From positions 12,788 through 76,787 of the forward strand of contig JACOXI010000006.1 in assembly GCA_016176335.1 (NCBI GenBank): DNA of 64,000 bases, given 5' to 3'. Position 1 is the stretch's first letter. Every line of letters begins with the position of its first letter. The notes beneath the pieces are model-generated. The model saw nothing but the letters and a program-made list of their open reading frames with translations, was not told where the DNA came from and searched no databases. Both the position numbers and the translations under genes were made by a program. This document shows, piece by piece, positions 1 through 10,665 of the stretch. Origin of the DNA: Candidatus Daviesbacteria bacterium. Lineage in GTDB: Bacteria; Patescibacteriota; Microgenomatia; Daviesbacterales; UBA10151.

Positions 1-434
1 GGAAAAGCAGGGGAGAAGGAAGGGAAGGTTGGATGTATCAGGAAATTTTAGATACCCCAAAAAAATTTGGTATAGAAGATAGGGTTAAATTTTTGGGATT
101 TGTCCCGACAGAAGATTTACCGTATCTTTTATCCGGGGCAGAAGTTTTTGTACTCCCTTCTTTATGGGAAGGATTTGGCATACCTGTCTTGGAGGCTATG
201 GCTTGTGGTAGTCCGGTGATAGTTTCCAATATCTCCTCTTTGCCGGAAGTGGTAGGTTCGGCAGGGTTATTGGTAGATCCATATTCCACAGATCAGATTG
301 AACAGGCAATAAGAACCATAGTCACTGATAAAAAACTGCAACAGAAATATTCGAAAAAGGGTCTTCTGCAAGCTAAAAAATTCTCCTGGGAAAAAATGGC
401 AAGAACTGTTTTAAAAGTTTTTGAAAAAGTTTAG
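1..434 (+). CDS. Glycosyltransferase family 4 (GT-B), C-terminal fragment; 5' end lies upstream of the window
   Basis: Frame is open from nt 3. C-terminal GT4 signature [30 protein letters not shown]. Confidence 0.8.
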   Translation, partial: KSRGEGREGWMYQEILDTPKKFGIEDRVKFLGFVPTEDLPYLLSGAEVFVLPSLWEGFGIPVLEAMACGSPVIVSNISSLPEVVGSAGLLVDPYSTDQIEQAIRTIVTDKKLQQKYSKKGLLQAKKFSWEKMARTVLKVFEKV

Positions 435-488
435 ATTTAAGCGCGGGGTGTTTGCTTATAGTTCGTATCTCCCATATAATTAACTTAT

Positions 489-1091
489 ATGGCCATTTTT
501 AAGGATCGCATGGGTAGATCGCTTTCAATAAAGACAGCAACTTCAAAGATATCTAATCGAATTTATAATTATTATGCTGATTTTTTTATTTTTTGGCTGC
601 ACCTTTTCTGTTACATTCCATCTCACCACGTCCGCAGATTTATTTTAAGATTGGCAGGCGCCAAAATAGGCAAAGGCACGTCAATCCATATGGGTTGCCG
701 ATTTTTCTCTTTAAAAAATATAACAATCGGGGAGGATTCAATTATCGGAGAGGGAATTTTTATGGATGGTAGAGCACCTGTAAAGATTGGGAATCACGTT
801 GATATTGCCTCACAAGTTATGATCTATAGCAGCGAGCATGATATTAATTCGGAAGATTTCCATGCCGCATTAGGTCCGGTGGAAATTGGGAATTACATAT
901 TTATTGGTCCAAGGGCGATTATTCTTCCTGGAGTAAAAATAGGAAAGGGAGCGGTGATTGCTGCCGGAGCAGTGGTTACAAAGGATGTAGCGGAGTTTGC
1001 TATTGTTGGTGGGGTACCTGCTCAGGTGATAGGGGAGAGAAAGATAAGAGATCCGCATTACAGATTAGGCAGGGCGAGATTATTTCAATGA
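489..1091 (+). CDS. Hexapeptide-repeat (LbH) sugar O-acetyltransferase, WcaF/maltose-acetyltransferase-like
   Basis: Repeated [LIV]-G-x-x-x-x hexapeptides ([37 protein letters not shown]). Confidence 0.8.
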   Translation: MAIFKDRMGRSLSIKTATSKISNRIYNYYADFFIFWLHLFCYIPSHHVRRFILRLAGAKIGKGTSIHMGCRFFSLKNITIGEDSIIGEGIFMDGRAPVKIGNHVDIASQVMIYSSEHDINSEDFHAALGPVEIGNYIFIGPRAIILPGVKIGKGAVIAAGAVVTKDVAEFAIVGGVPAQVIGERKIRDPHYRLGRARLFQ

Positions 1092-1098
1092 TAATATA

Positions 1099-1204
1099 AA
1101 TTAACCTAATTAATCTAATTAACCTAATTTCTAAATAATGACTAATGACAAAATTTCAAAATTGGGAATTATTTAGGTCAATTAGAAATTAGTAATTAGA
1201 AATT
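1099..1204. repeat. AT-rich tandem repeats upstream of the ORF at 1207: (AATTAAYCT)x3 and (AATTAGAAATT)x2
   Basis: aattaacct aattaatct aattaacct ... aattagaaatt agt aattagaaatt CT ATG. Confidence 0.7.
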
Positions 1205-1206
1205 CT

Positions 1207-1749
1207 ATGAAATACTTTTTTATCATTTTCTCTGCTTTACTTCTCATTTATATGCTTTGGCCGGGGCCTACAAAAATATCAGATTTGTCTCCCCTACCCT
1301 CCTCTGCAAAATCCACACTGTCAGGTGATACAGTTCAAATCCCTAATGTCTCCGCATATTTTTCAAACAACTTTAGAGATTTCGTTGTCCCATTTTATAC
1401 CAAGAATTATCAGCAAAACTTTCTCCCTTTTCCTCCACTACGGTTAAACCACCCGCCCGAATACTCTTGGACAGTCATAAAAAAACATACGGAAACTACC
1501 TATTTGGAAGAGTTAGTATATCCACTGCGAGATTCACTCTATGTAAACGGGTATGAGATATTTCGTCCTGATGGTACTCCCATATTTTATAGCGTTCCCA
1601 AGCTTGAAGAGGAAGGTAAGGAATGGCAAACCAAAACAACACTGCGATTATACACATCAAATATCATTGTGCGGATTATTGTTTGGGCAGGAATTTTAAT
1701 TTCAATGCAAAAGATTTTCCAACTCGGAAAGAGGATTGCAAAAGTATGA
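1207..1749 (+). CDS. Hypothetical membrane-anchored protein
   Basis: N-terminal hydrophobic segment. 4-nt ATGA overlap with the next gene. Confidence 0.5.
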   Translation: MKYFFIIFSALLLIYMLWPGPTKISDLSPLPSSAKSTLSGDTVQIPNVSAYFSNNFRDFVVPFYTKNYQQNFLPFPPLRLNHPPEYSWTVIKKHTETTYLEELVYPLRDSLYVNGYEIFRPDGTPIFYSVPKLEEEGKEWQTKTTLRLYTSNIIVRIIVWAGILISMQKIFQLGKRIAKV

Positions 1750-3173
1750 ATCTAACGAAGTTTTATCATATTTTGGAAAAGACGATTTTTTATCTTACTT
1801 TATTTTTATTCATCTTTATTCCCTTATATCCTAAATTTCCGCTTTTAAGTATTCCCGGCACATATGTTGCAGTCAGGTTGGAAGACGTATTAATTGCCTT
1901 AGCAATTATTCTGTGGACTGGATATATAGGTATAAAGAAAGCTTGGAGTTTTTTCGCAAAAGATAATATTGGCAGGGCATTTTTACTATTTTTCTCAATA
2001 GGAGGATTATCATTGTTTTCAGCAATTTTTCTCACCCACTCTGTTGAGCCTCATTTAGGGATATTACACTTATTAAGAAGGATGGAGTTTATGTTGCTGT
2101 TGCCCATTGTTGCCACAATTTTTACCACCAAAAAGAGGTTAATTTTAGTATTGGTTATTTTATTTTTAACAACTTTTGCGGTTAATATTTACGGGTTGGG
2201 ACAACAGTATCTAGACTTACCGGTAATATCTACTACAAACTCCGAATTTGCAAAAGGGTTGATTTTGCGACTCACACCGGGCGCCAGGTTAAATTCCACA
2301 TTTGCCGGACATTACGATCTGGCTGTATTTTTAGCTTCAGCATTAGTTGTTTTTACTGCCTTATTCTTTGCAGCAAGTCGGGTATGGAAGATTCTGATAT
2401 TGGCGATTTCCGCTCTTTCTCTATTTATATTGGTATTGACTGCAGCGAGGGTTTCTTTTATTGCTGCTTTTATCGGTATTTTATTTGCATTAATTTTTTC
2501 CAAAAAGAAAAAATACCTAATTCTCATTTTTATATCTTTGGCTTTGGTTTTACTTTACCCTTCCCAGCTAAGAGACAGATTAAAAGGGAGTGTCACGGTA
2601 AATTTATTAAATTTAGGACAAAGGTATGAGGGGAGAAACTTAAACCAGCAGCTGGAAAGCAAATTAAATATACCCACCCTTCCTTATAAAATGGCCAGCC
2701 GCTCCGCACTTGCCACACCTTTTGCCAGCGCAGAAGCTGGTCTACCTGTTGATATTACACCGGGAGAACCAATTAACGAAGTTGATCTGGCTGTTTACAG
2801 ATCATTTCAAATCAGATTAAATATTGAATGGCCAAGAGCGGTAAATGCATTTTTGAAAAATCCTTTTTTGGGGACAGGTTATGCATCTTTAGGTATAGCA
2901 ACGGATAATGATTTTTTAAGAAGTTTAGGAGAGGTGGGAATTTTAGGAACAGCCGCCTTCTTTTTAATCTTACTTTCAATTTGGAAGAAAATATATCAGG
3001 GAATAAGAAACGAAGATAAATTAATCAGATATTTTTGTGCAGGAACACTAGCTTTAATAGGTGTATTTTTATTAAACGGTTTGTTTATTGATGTATTCGA
3101 GGCATCAAAAATCGCATCACTTTTTTGGATGATTCTGGGGTTAAATTTGGGTATTTTAAATCTTAAAAAATGA
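1746..3173 (+). CDS. O-antigen ligase/polymerase-like (Wzy_C family) polytopic membrane protein
   Basis: Many TM segments with Wzy_C-like core (TAARVSFIAAFIGILFALIF). Internal ATG at 1746 chosen because the 1623 start overlaps the previous ORF. Confidence 0.65.
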   Translation: MNLTKFYHILEKTIFYLTLFLFIFIPLYPKFPLLSIPGTYVAVRLEDVLIALAIILWTGYIGIKKAWSFFAKDNIGRAFLLFFSIGGLSLFSAIFLTHSVEPHLGILHLLRRMEFMLLLPIVATIFTTKKRLILVLVILFLTTFAVNIYGLGQQYLDLPVISTTNSEFAKGLILRLTPGARLNSTFAGHYDLAVFLASALVVFTALFFAASRVWKILILAISALSLFILVLTAARVSFIAAFIGILFALIFSKKKKYLILIFISLALVLLYPSQLRDRLKGSVTVNLLNLGQRYEGRNLNQQLESKLNIPTLPYKMASRSALATPFASAEAGLPVDITPGEPINEVDLAVYRSFQIRLNIEWPRAVNAFLKNPFLGTGYASLGIATDNDFLRSLGEVGILGTAAFFLILLSIWKKIYQGIRNEDKLIRYFCAGTLALIGVFLLNGLFIDVFEASKIASLFWMILGLNLGILNLKK

Positions 3174-4666
3174 AATTATTAAACATTTTTAAAAATCAAT
3201 ATTTTTGGTTGAGTTTAGTGATACTTTTGGCATTTGCGGTAAGGCTCTATAAAATTGACTCACCCATTGCCGATTGGCATTCCTGGAGACAGGCAGACAC
3301 GGCAAGCGTGACCCGAAACTTCATCAAAGAAGGGTTCAACCCTTTTTTGCCAAAGTATGATGATATGACCGGTGTATCAGAGAAGCCGATTGTTAACACC
3401 TTGAGGTTTAGATTTGTGGAATTTCCCGTCTACAACATAGCGGTTTATCCTTTTTACCTGCTCTTTGGAGTTTTGGAGAAAATCAGTAGATTGGTTTCCG
3501 TTATCTTCTCATTAGGCAGTTTAATATTTTTATACCTGATTACTAAAAAATATACCAGCGTAGTGATTGCTTTGACTTCGGCGTTAACATTTGCCCTTTT
3601 ACCCTACAATGTTTTTTTCTCAAGAACAACATTGCCTGAACCAACTTTTGTTTTTTTTGCTTTGGGAATGGTTTATTTTATGGATAGATGGATATGGGAG
3701 TCCGCCAGCCCATGGTTGGGAATTTGGGCATTCATTTTTACCGCCCTGGCATTTTTGATGAAACCTTGGGCCGCCTTTTATTTTTTACCGCTTTTCTATT
3801 CTGTTTACAAAAATACGGGTAGGATTTGGCCTTTGCCAAAAAGATTTATCCTGTTGACTGTTGCGGCGATAATCCCTTTTATCTTATGGCGACTTTGGAT
3901 TCTGCAACAACCACAGGGAATACCAGCTTCTTCTTGGCTTTTAAATAGTGACGGTATCCGTTTCCGGCCCGCTTTTTGGTGGTGGATTGTTTCCGAAAGA
4001 TTGGGTAGGGAAATATTGGGCGTAACAGGTTTAGTTTTATTTTTTATCGGGTTTATCCAAAAGCCAAAAAACAGCTCGCCTCGCGGAGCGGGTAACTATT
4101 TTTTACACTTTTGGGCCCTCTCCCTATTCCTATTTTTCATTATCTTTGCAACCGGTAATGTCAGACACGATTATTATCAGGTTCTGTTTGCTCCCATAGC
4201 TTCTATATTTTTAGCATACGGTTTTATCAACCTAATTTCGGGCAGTAATCCTTACATCCCAAGAATATGGACCATAGTTTTGGCGCTTTGGTTTTTTCTA
4301 CTCACCTATTATTTTGGGTGGAAGTATGTTTCCGGTTTATATCAGATAAATAATCCTGTGATTGTTGAGGCAGGTCAAAGGGCCGACCAGATTTTGCCCA
4401 AAAAAGCGGTAGTTTTAGCCCCTTACAATGGTGATACAGCCTTTCTTTATCATATAAACAGGCCGGGTTTTGCGGTTGTACCGTTATCAATAAAGGAGAT
4501 GGTGGCAGATTATGGTATTACACACTTTGTTTCGGTTTCAAGGGATGACAAGACAAACTGGGTGATCAGATATTTTCAAGTTTTAGAGGACAATCCCAAG
4601 TTTGTGATAGCTGATTTAACCGAAATGAAAAAACCCTTTGATGATATTTTAGACCCGGAACCTTAA
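3170..4666 (+). CDS. GT-C fold membrane glycosyltransferase (PMT/ArnT, GT39/83-like) with C-terminal soluble domain
   Basis: N-terminal polytopic region with the YKIDSPIADWHSWRQADTASVTRNF loop motif typical of ArnT/PMT-type transferases. Confidence 0.6.
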   Translation: MKLLNIFKNQYFWLSLVILLAFAVRLYKIDSPIADWHSWRQADTASVTRNFIKEGFNPFLPKYDDMTGVSEKPIVNTLRFRFVEFPVYNIAVYPFYLLFGVLEKISRLVSVIFSLGSLIFLYLITKKYTSVVIALTSALTFALLPYNVFFSRTTLPEPTFVFFALGMVYFMDRWIWESASPWLGIWAFIFTALAFLMKPWAAFYFLPLFYSVYKNTGRIWPLPKRFILLTVAAIIPFILWRLWILQQPQGIPASSWLLNSDGIRFRPAFWWWIVSERLGREILGVTGLVLFFIGFIQKPKNSSPRGAGNYFLHFWALSLFLFFIIFATGNVRHDYYQVLFAPIASIFLAYGFINLISGSNPYIPRIWTIVLALWFFLLTYYFGWKYVSGLYQINNPVIVEAGQRADQILPKKAVVLAPYNGDTAFLYHINRPGFAVVPLSIKEMVADYGITHFVSVSRDDKTNWVIRYFQVLEDNPKFVIADLTEMKKPFDDILDPEP

Positions 4667-4676
4667 CTCAACTTAC

Positions 4677-5870
4677 ATGAAAGTTTTAATGTTGACACCA
4701 TACCTTCCATACCCATTACTCACCGGAGGTCAAACCAGGTCATACAATTTGATTAAGAGATTATCTAACTTGGGACATAAGATTACTCTTTTCTGTTTAA
4801 TAAAGGATAATAGCGAAAGAAAATATGTAGGTGAGCTGGAGAAGTTTTGTCAGGAAGTACAAGTTTTTAAACGTTCAGGACATCCTTGGACTGCAACAAA
4901 CATTTTGAGGACGGGTTTTAGTTTCTATCCTTTTTTAGTGATCAGAAATTGGGCAGGAGGTGAAAAAGGAACAGTAAAAAATAAATTAGAGGAGGAAAAT
5001 TTTGATTTGATTCACGCCGAAACATTTTATGTTATGCCACATATTCCAAAAACCAACATACCTATACTTTTGGTCGAACAAACTATCGAGTATTTGGTTT
5101 ACAAACATTTCGTAGATGAATTTAAAATTCCTGCAATCAAACAACTTTTGTATGTAGATGTGGCAAAAATGAAGTATTGGGAACTAAATTATTGGAAGCA
5201 GGCAAAAAGAGTTGTGGCCATGTCCGAAGATGATAAAAAAGCGATGATAAAGCAATTGCCTTCTTTGGCGGTAGACATTGTGCCCAACGGAGTTGACAGC
5301 GATTTTTTTGGTAAGAAAATTACCAATCAATCAAAAGATCCTGTTATTCTTTATCTGGGAAATTTCACTTGGTTGCAAAATAGAGAGGCGGTTGCAGTTT
5401 TGGTAAATAAAGTTTGGCCAAGGATAAAGAATAAATTGCCAACTGCCAAACTTTGGATTATTGGTAAAAACGCCAAGGAATTTTTCGCCAATTTGGAATC
5501 AGGCGACGTTAGAGTAGATGAAGTTTTAGATGTCAGAGAAGTTTATCAGAAGGGTGCTGTTTTGGTTGCGCCGATTTATGGCGGAGGAGGAACAAGATAT
5601 AAAAACTTGGAAAGCTTTGCGTCGGGACTTCCGGTTGTAACAACATCTATTGGGATAAGGGGGACAGAAGCAAAAGATAAGGTGGAAGTAGTGATAAGGG
5701 ATGAACCGGAAGATATTGCGGCAGCTGCCATAGATTTAATAAATAATAAGAGCTTTTCTAAAATAATTGCCGAAAATGCCAAAAAAATGGTTAAAGAAAA
5801 ATATGACTGGGACCCAATTGCTAAAAAGTTAAGCAATATTTATGAGCAGTTAGGGCAAGTTAAGTCTTGA
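4677..5870 (+). CDS. Glycosyltransferase family 4
   Basis: GT-B C-terminal motif YGGGGTRYKNLESFASGLPVVTT. Confidence 0.8.
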   Translation: MKVLMLTPYLPYPLLTGGQTRSYNLIKRLSNLGHKITLFCLIKDNSERKYVGELEKFCQEVQVFKRSGHPWTATNILRTGFSFYPFLVIRNWAGGEKGTVKNKLEEENFDLIHAETFYVMPHIPKTNIPILLVEQTIEYLVYKHFVDEFKIPAIKQLLYVDVAKMKYWELNYWKQAKRVVAMSEDDKKAMIKQLPSLAVDIVPNGVDSDFFGKKITNQSKDPVILYLGNFTWLQNREAVAVLVNKVWPRIKNKLPTAKLWIIGKNAKEFFANLESGDVRVDEVLDVREVYQKGAVLVAPIYGGGGTRYKNLESFASGLPVVTTSIGIRGTEAKDKVEVVIRDEPEDIAAAAIDLINNKSFSKIIAENAKKMVKEKYDWDPIAKKLSNIYEQLGQVKS

Positions 5871-5874
5871 TGTT

Positions 5875-7002
5875 ATGAGAATTGTAGTTGATTGTCGTTT
5901 GTATTCAGTCCAGGCAGGTATAGGCAGATATATTCGTAATTTAATTTTCAATTTACAAAAAATAGATAAGAAGAATACATATTTTATTCTTCTTCTTAAG
6001 AAAGATTACGATTTATTGGTAAATCAAAGAAATTTTGTTCGGGTAGTGGCTGATTTTCAATGGTATGGAATAACAGAACAGCTAAAACTTCCCAAACTTC
6101 TCCATAAGTTAAATCCGGATCTGGTACATTTTCCCCATTTTAACTTGCCTATCCTATATAGAGGAAAATTTGTTGTGACTATCCATGATTTAACCCACAA
6201 ATATTTTGCTATGAAAAGAGCAACAACTCATGGCCGCCTAATTTATTTTTTAAAACAGATCGGGTATAAAGTAGTTTTCAAAAAGGCAGCAACGGAGTCT
6301 GGGACGATTATTACTCCATCTCACTATATTAAGAATCTGATAGCTAAAGAGTACTCAATTCCCGAAGAGAAGATGGTAGTTACTTACGAGGCAGTTGATC
6401 ACAAATTCATTTCTATAAGTGAAAATATTAAAAAGGGAGAAATTGAAAATGTGATGAAAAAATTTAGTGTCAGTCTCCCCTATTTGTTTTATGTAGGAAA
6501 TGCTCATCCTCATAAGAATGTGGAGGGGTTGATTAAAGCTTTCTTTAAACTGAAAGAAAAATACCAAAACCTAAAGTTAGTTTTATCAGGTCCAGATCAT
6601 TATTTTTGGCAAAGGTTAAAAAAAGAGTATCAATTAAGTGAAATTGTTTATACAGGATATGTTACAGATGAGGAAATGGTGGCTCTTTACAAAAATGCAT
6701 CATCTTTTGTGATGCCTTCATTTGAAGAAGGATTTGGTATACCGCTACTTGAGGCAATGGCAAGTTTTGCTCCTGTGGTTTCATCAAATGCCGGAGCACT
6801 TCCTGAAGTTGGAGGAGATGCCGCACTTTATTTTGATCCCCGAAATACCAATGATATGGCAGATAAGATTTCACAAGTGTTAGATAGTGAAAAACTTAAA
6901 GAAGAGTTAATAGATAAAGGACAGAAAAGAGTAAAATTTTTTAGTTGGGAAAAATTGGCCAAACAGACTTTGGAGGTGTATCGGAAGGAAACGATTTTAT
7001 GA
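5875..7002 (+). CDS. Glycosyltransferase family 4
   Basis: EEGFGIPLLEAMASFAPVVSSNAGALPEV motif. Confidence 0.85.
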   Translation: MRIVVDCRLYSVQAGIGRYIRNLIFNLQKIDKKNTYFILLLKKDYDLLVNQRNFVRVVADFQWYGITEQLKLPKLLHKLNPDLVHFPHFNLPILYRGKFVVTIHDLTHKYFAMKRATTHGRLIYFLKQIGYKVVFKKAATESGTIITPSHYIKNLIAKEYSIPEEKMVVTYEAVDHKFISISENIKKGEIENVMKKFSVSLPYLFYVGNAHPHKNVEGLIKAFFKLKEKYQNLKLVLSGPDHYFWQRLKKEYQLSEIVYTGYVTDEEMVALYKNASSFVMPSFEEGFGIPLLEAMASFAPVVSSNAGALPEVGGDAALYFDPRNTNDMADKISQVLDSEKLKEELIDKGQKRVKFFSWEKLAKQTLEVYRKETIL

Positions 7003-8108
7003 AAGTTGCTCTTGTTCATGATGACTTGGTTCAGTGGGGTGGGGCTGAAAGAGTTTTAGAGGGACTTTGTGAAATTTTTCCGGATGCTCCGATTTTTACA
7101 TCAGTTTATGACTACTCAAACAAAGAATTAGCCAAGCGGTTTGGAGATAAAAAAATAATTACTTCTTTTTTGCAAAAAATTGTCGGATGGAAGACTCTTT
7201 ATAAAGCCTTGTTGCCATTATATCCAATAGCTTTCGAGCAGTTTGATTTGACAGGTTATGATCTTGTTATTTCACACACCACCAGATTTGCAAAAAGTAT
7301 AATTACCAAACCTCAAACGAAACATATTTGCTATTGCCACACACCGCCAAGATTTTTATGGCATATTCCAAAGAAAGAAAATTTTGGAGCAGGAGAAGTA
7401 CTTTTTAGCAAAATGAGGATTTTTGATAGAATAAGCTCTGCCCGGGTAGATCATTTTATTGCAGGTTCAAAAAATGCTCAAAAAAGAATTCAAAAAATTT
7501 ACAAGATGGACTCAACTGTAATATATCCGTTTATAGATCTTGGGAGGTTTGAAGGTATTGAAACTTTTGATGGGGGATATTTTGTGGTAGTTTCGCGGCT
7601 AAATAAATATAAAAAAGCGGATTTGGCAGTTGAGGCATGTAAAATATTGGAAGTACCATTAAAGATCATCGGTACCGGACCGGAGCTTGATAGACTCAAG
7701 AGAATTCAGCCCCACTTCGCCAAGGCTTCGTGGGGTAAAGGAGTTTGGGGGGGAATTGAATTGTTAGGGCATCTGAATGATGACGCAGTAGTCAAAGTTT
7801 TGGCAGGATGCAAGGGGTTAATTGTTCCCGGCATAGAAGACTTTGGGTTGGTGGCGCTGGAGGCCCAAGCGCTCGGCAAGCCGGTTATAGCTTATTCAGA
7901 AGGAGGGAGTTTAGAAACAGTTGTAGAAGGCAAAAGCGGAATTTTTTTCCATGATCAATCTGTAGACAGCTTGGTACAGGCTATTAAAAGACTTGGTAAA
8001 ATAAAAATTGAACCTTTAGGTTGTATAAAAAATGCCAGTGAGTTTAGTAAAGAAAACTTTATATCTAATTTTAAACTTACAGTTGCTAGTTTAGGGTACA
8101 CTATATAA
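6999..8108 (+). CDS. Glycosyltransferase family 4
   Basis: MKVALVHDDLVQWGGAERV N-terminus and EDFGLVALEAQALGKPVIA motif. ATGA overlap with the previous gene. Confidence 0.8.
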   Translation: MKVALVHDDLVQWGGAERVLEGLCEIFPDAPIFTSVYDYSNKELAKRFGDKKIITSFLQKIVGWKTLYKALLPLYPIAFEQFDLTGYDLVISHTTRFAKSIITKPQTKHICYCHTPPRFLWHIPKKENFGAGEVLFSKMRIFDRISSARVDHFIAGSKNAQKRIQKIYKMDSTVIYPFIDLGRFEGIETFDGGYFVVVSRLNKYKKADLAVEACKILEVPLKIIGTGPELDRLKRIQPHFAKASWGKGVWGGIELLGHLNDDAVVKVLAGCKGLIVPGIEDFGLVALEAQALGKPVIAYSEGGSLETVVEGKSGIFFHDQSVDSLVQAIKRLGKIKIEPLGCIKNASEFSKENFISNFKLTVASLGYTI

Positions 8109-8114
8109 AGATAT

Positions 8115-8744
8115 ATGATTTACGATTCTTTAAAAAGATTGTTGGATATAATAGGGTCGGCTGTTGGGTTAGTGATTCTTTCCCCGATATTCTTATTGGT
8201 GGCAATTGCAATAAAAGTTGATTCCCCGGGTCCTGTGTTTGCTGACACCCCAATGAGAGCGGGTAATGATGGGACACTTTTCAAAATTTATAAATTTAGG
8301 TCAATGGTTAAAAATGCACACGAGCTTTTGGAAAAAAATCCTAAACTTTTGGTAGAATATAAAAGAAATAGTTATAAGATTTTTAACGATCCTAGGATTA
8401 CCAGGGTAGGTAAGATTTTAAGAAGATATTCTGTAGATGAATTTCCTCAACTGTTTAATATATTAAAAGGCGAAATGAGTCTGGTTGGACCAAGAGCTTA
8501 CTATCCGTATGAGCTGGAAGAACAACAAAAAAAGTACCCGAGTTCCAGAAAATATGTCAAAATAATACTGTCGGGAAAACCCGGTTTAACAGGTGTCTGG
8601 CAAGTAACCGGAAGATCAGAGATTAACTTTGACAAAAGAGTTAAGATGGATGCAAGTTACGTGAAGAAAAAATCTATTATTTATGATTTTTGGCTGATTT
8701 TAAAAACGATTCCCGCTGTCTTGTACGGTAGAGGAGCCATTTAA
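8115..8744 (+). CDS. Undecaprenyl-phosphate sugar phosphotransferase (Bac_transf family, WbaP/WecA-like priming enzyme)
   Basis: KRLLDIIGSAVGLVILSPIFLLVAIAIKVDSPGPVF...DEFPQLFNILKGEMSLVGPRA. Confidence 0.85.
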   Translation: MIYDSLKRLLDIIGSAVGLVILSPIFLLVAIAIKVDSPGPVFADTPMRAGNDGTLFKIYKFRSMVKNAHELLEKNPKLLVEYKRNSYKIFNDPRITRVGKILRRYSVDEFPQLFNILKGEMSLVGPRAYYPYELEEQQKKYPSSRKYVKIILSGKPGLTGVWQVTGRSEINFDKRVKMDASYVKKKSIIYDFWLILKTIPAVLYGRGAI

Positions 8745-8745
8745 G

Positions 8746-10653
8746 ATGGCTATTTTTAACCTGACAAGAAAAATTAATTCGCTAAGTATGAAACATCAAA
8801 GAAAACGCGGTAATAGCGCCTTTTTAAGAAGAATTTTAATTTCTATTGTGGTAATTTTACTCTTTTCCATTATTCCCTCTTTTTTTGTCTATACCGGGTT
8901 TAGGGATACTATAACTCATGGGAAGGCTGTGGTTGCATCATACAGTGCCCAAAATTACGACTCATTAAAATCAGAGGTCTCTGCTACCAAAGTTGGGCTT
9001 CAGAGAGCAAATTTCGCTCTAAATTTCCTTTTCTGGTTGAAAATCATTCCGTTTTTGGGCGGATATTATTCGGATATAAAGGGTTTTTCATCCGCAGGAG
9101 TTGAAGAACTTAAAGCTTTAGAAAAAATTATTAAAATTTTTGAACCTGAAAAGATAGACTTGGGTTTTAACGGCCAGCCAAAAGGTGGACCGGAGAGGAT
9201 GACACAAATAATTAAAATACTGGACAGGGTACAACCGTATTATGGTGATATTCAGAAAAATTTGGAAATGGCTGCCGCGTCCGTCAAGAATATAAATACA
9301 GATAAATATCCGCTTAAACTTAAAGGTAAAGAAATAAGGAAAAATCTACTGCTTGCAAAAAATTTTATAGTTGGTGCTGAAATTGGCATCACAAAAGGGA
9401 AAGATGCAGTTATTCTTGCTCCAAATGCACTAGGTCTACAATCACCCAAAACATATCTGCTTTTGTTTCAAAACGATAAAGAAATCAGGCCGACCGGAGG
9501 GTTTATAACCGCATATGCCACCCTCACTTTAACTAATGGACAAGTTTCATCCTCTACATCTGATGACATTTATAGATTGGATGAAAAACTTTTGGCAACT
9601 TGTCTTTCCAAAATTTGTCCCCTGACTCCGCCTGCCCCAATTACCAAATATTTACCGGAAGTGACTGGAAAGACAAGATCCGCCTGGAGTATGAGAGATT
9701 CCAATATTTCTCCGGATCTACCTACCTCTGCAAAGGAATTCGAAAGAATGTATGAACTTTTAGGTCAAGGGTTACCTTTTGATGGGATTATTTATATTGA
9801 TTCACAAGTTGTTGAAGAGCTGATTGAAATAACAGGACCAATAGATGTATATGATACGAAATATTCCGCAGAGGAAGACAAAAGATGCAGTTGTCCAAAT
9901 GTGATCTATGAATTGGAATCTTATGCGGAAATTGCTGCCAAGGGCGAGCAAGACAGAAAGGCAATTTTGGGAGTTTTGATGCAACAAATTTTGGCAAGAA
10001 CCACAGGTGCAGATATTGAGAAAATCCCACAATTTGTGGAAACTATAGTAAGACTTGCAAACCACAAGCATATTATGTTTTTCGCACACGACCAAAAACT
10101 GCAACAAGCTCTTTCAAATCTTAATTGGACAGGTGAAATAAGGGGCGCCTCCGTCACTAAAAATTATGATGGAGATTATTTACATATTAATGACTCAAAT
10201 TTTGCCGGAGGAAAATCCAATTTATATGTTGAGCAAACTGTGACACAAGAAATAATGACTCAAAAAGATGGAATAGTGAAGAAAAAAATTACTGTTGAAT
10301 ATAAAAATCCCCAACCATTTGGTGTCTGGCTAAACGGCATAAATCGTGATTATGTCAGATTTTATGTACCTTTAGGAAGTAAACTCATTTCTTCCAAAGG
10401 ATCTGAAGATGAAGTGGTAAGTTCAGAGGATTTAGGTAAGACTGTCTTTGAAGCTTTTATCCAAGTTAGGCCTCAAAATTCCAGGAAACTGGAAATGGAA
10501 TATACTGTACCCTATCAACCCAAAGGAGAGTATAAGCTGTTAATCCAAAAACAACCGGGAGCTAAAGATTTTGAATATAAAATTAAGTTAAATGGGAGAC
10601 AAGTTGAAGATTTTAAGTTAGATATGGATAAAGAGTTCAAGTTTCCTCTATAA
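8746..10653 (+). CDS. Hypothetical membrane-anchored extracytoplasmic protein (length and context reminiscent of DUF4012)
   Basis: One N-terminal TM then a ~600-aa soluble region. Sits directly downstream of the priming transferase. Family assignment is from memory only. Confidence 0.45.
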   Translation: MAIFNLTRKINSLSMKHQRKRGNSAFLRRILISIVVILLFSIIPSFFVYTGFRDTITHGKAVVASYSAQNYDSLKSEVSATKVGLQRANFALNFLFWLKIIPFLGGYYSDIKGFSSAGVEELKALEKIIKIFEPEKIDLGFNGQPKGGPERMTQIIKILDRVQPYYGDIQKNLEMAAASVKNINTDKYPLKLKGKEIRKNLLLAKNFIVGAEIGITKGKDAVILAPNALGLQSPKTYLLLFQNDKEIRPTGGFITAYATLTLTNGQVSSSTSDDIYRLDEKLLATCLSKICPLTPPAPITKYLPEVTGKTRSAWSMRDSNISPDLPTSAKEFERMYELLGQGLPFDGIIYIDSQVVEELIEITGPIDVYDTKYSAEEDKRCSCPNVIYELESYAEIAAKGEQDRKAILGVLMQQILARTTGADIEKIPQFVETIVRLANHKHIMFFAHDQKLQQALSNLNWTGEIRGASVTKNYDGDYLHINDSNFAGGKSNLYVEQTVTQEIMTQKDGIVKKKITVEYKNPQPFGVWLNGINRDYVRFYVPLGSKLISSKGSEDEVVSSEDLGKTVFEAFIQVRPQNSRKLEMEYTVPYQPKGEYKLLIQKQPGAKDFEYKIKLNGRQVEDFKLDMDKEFKFPL

Positions 10654-10665
10654 TTTTCCAAAGGA

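Noticed and set aside
1623-1745. The longer 516-aa start of the O-antigen-ligase-like gene at 1623
   Set aside because: It would overlap the preceding ORF by 127 nt in another frame. The internal ATG at 1746 gives a typical Wzy N-terminus and a 4-nt ATGA junction.
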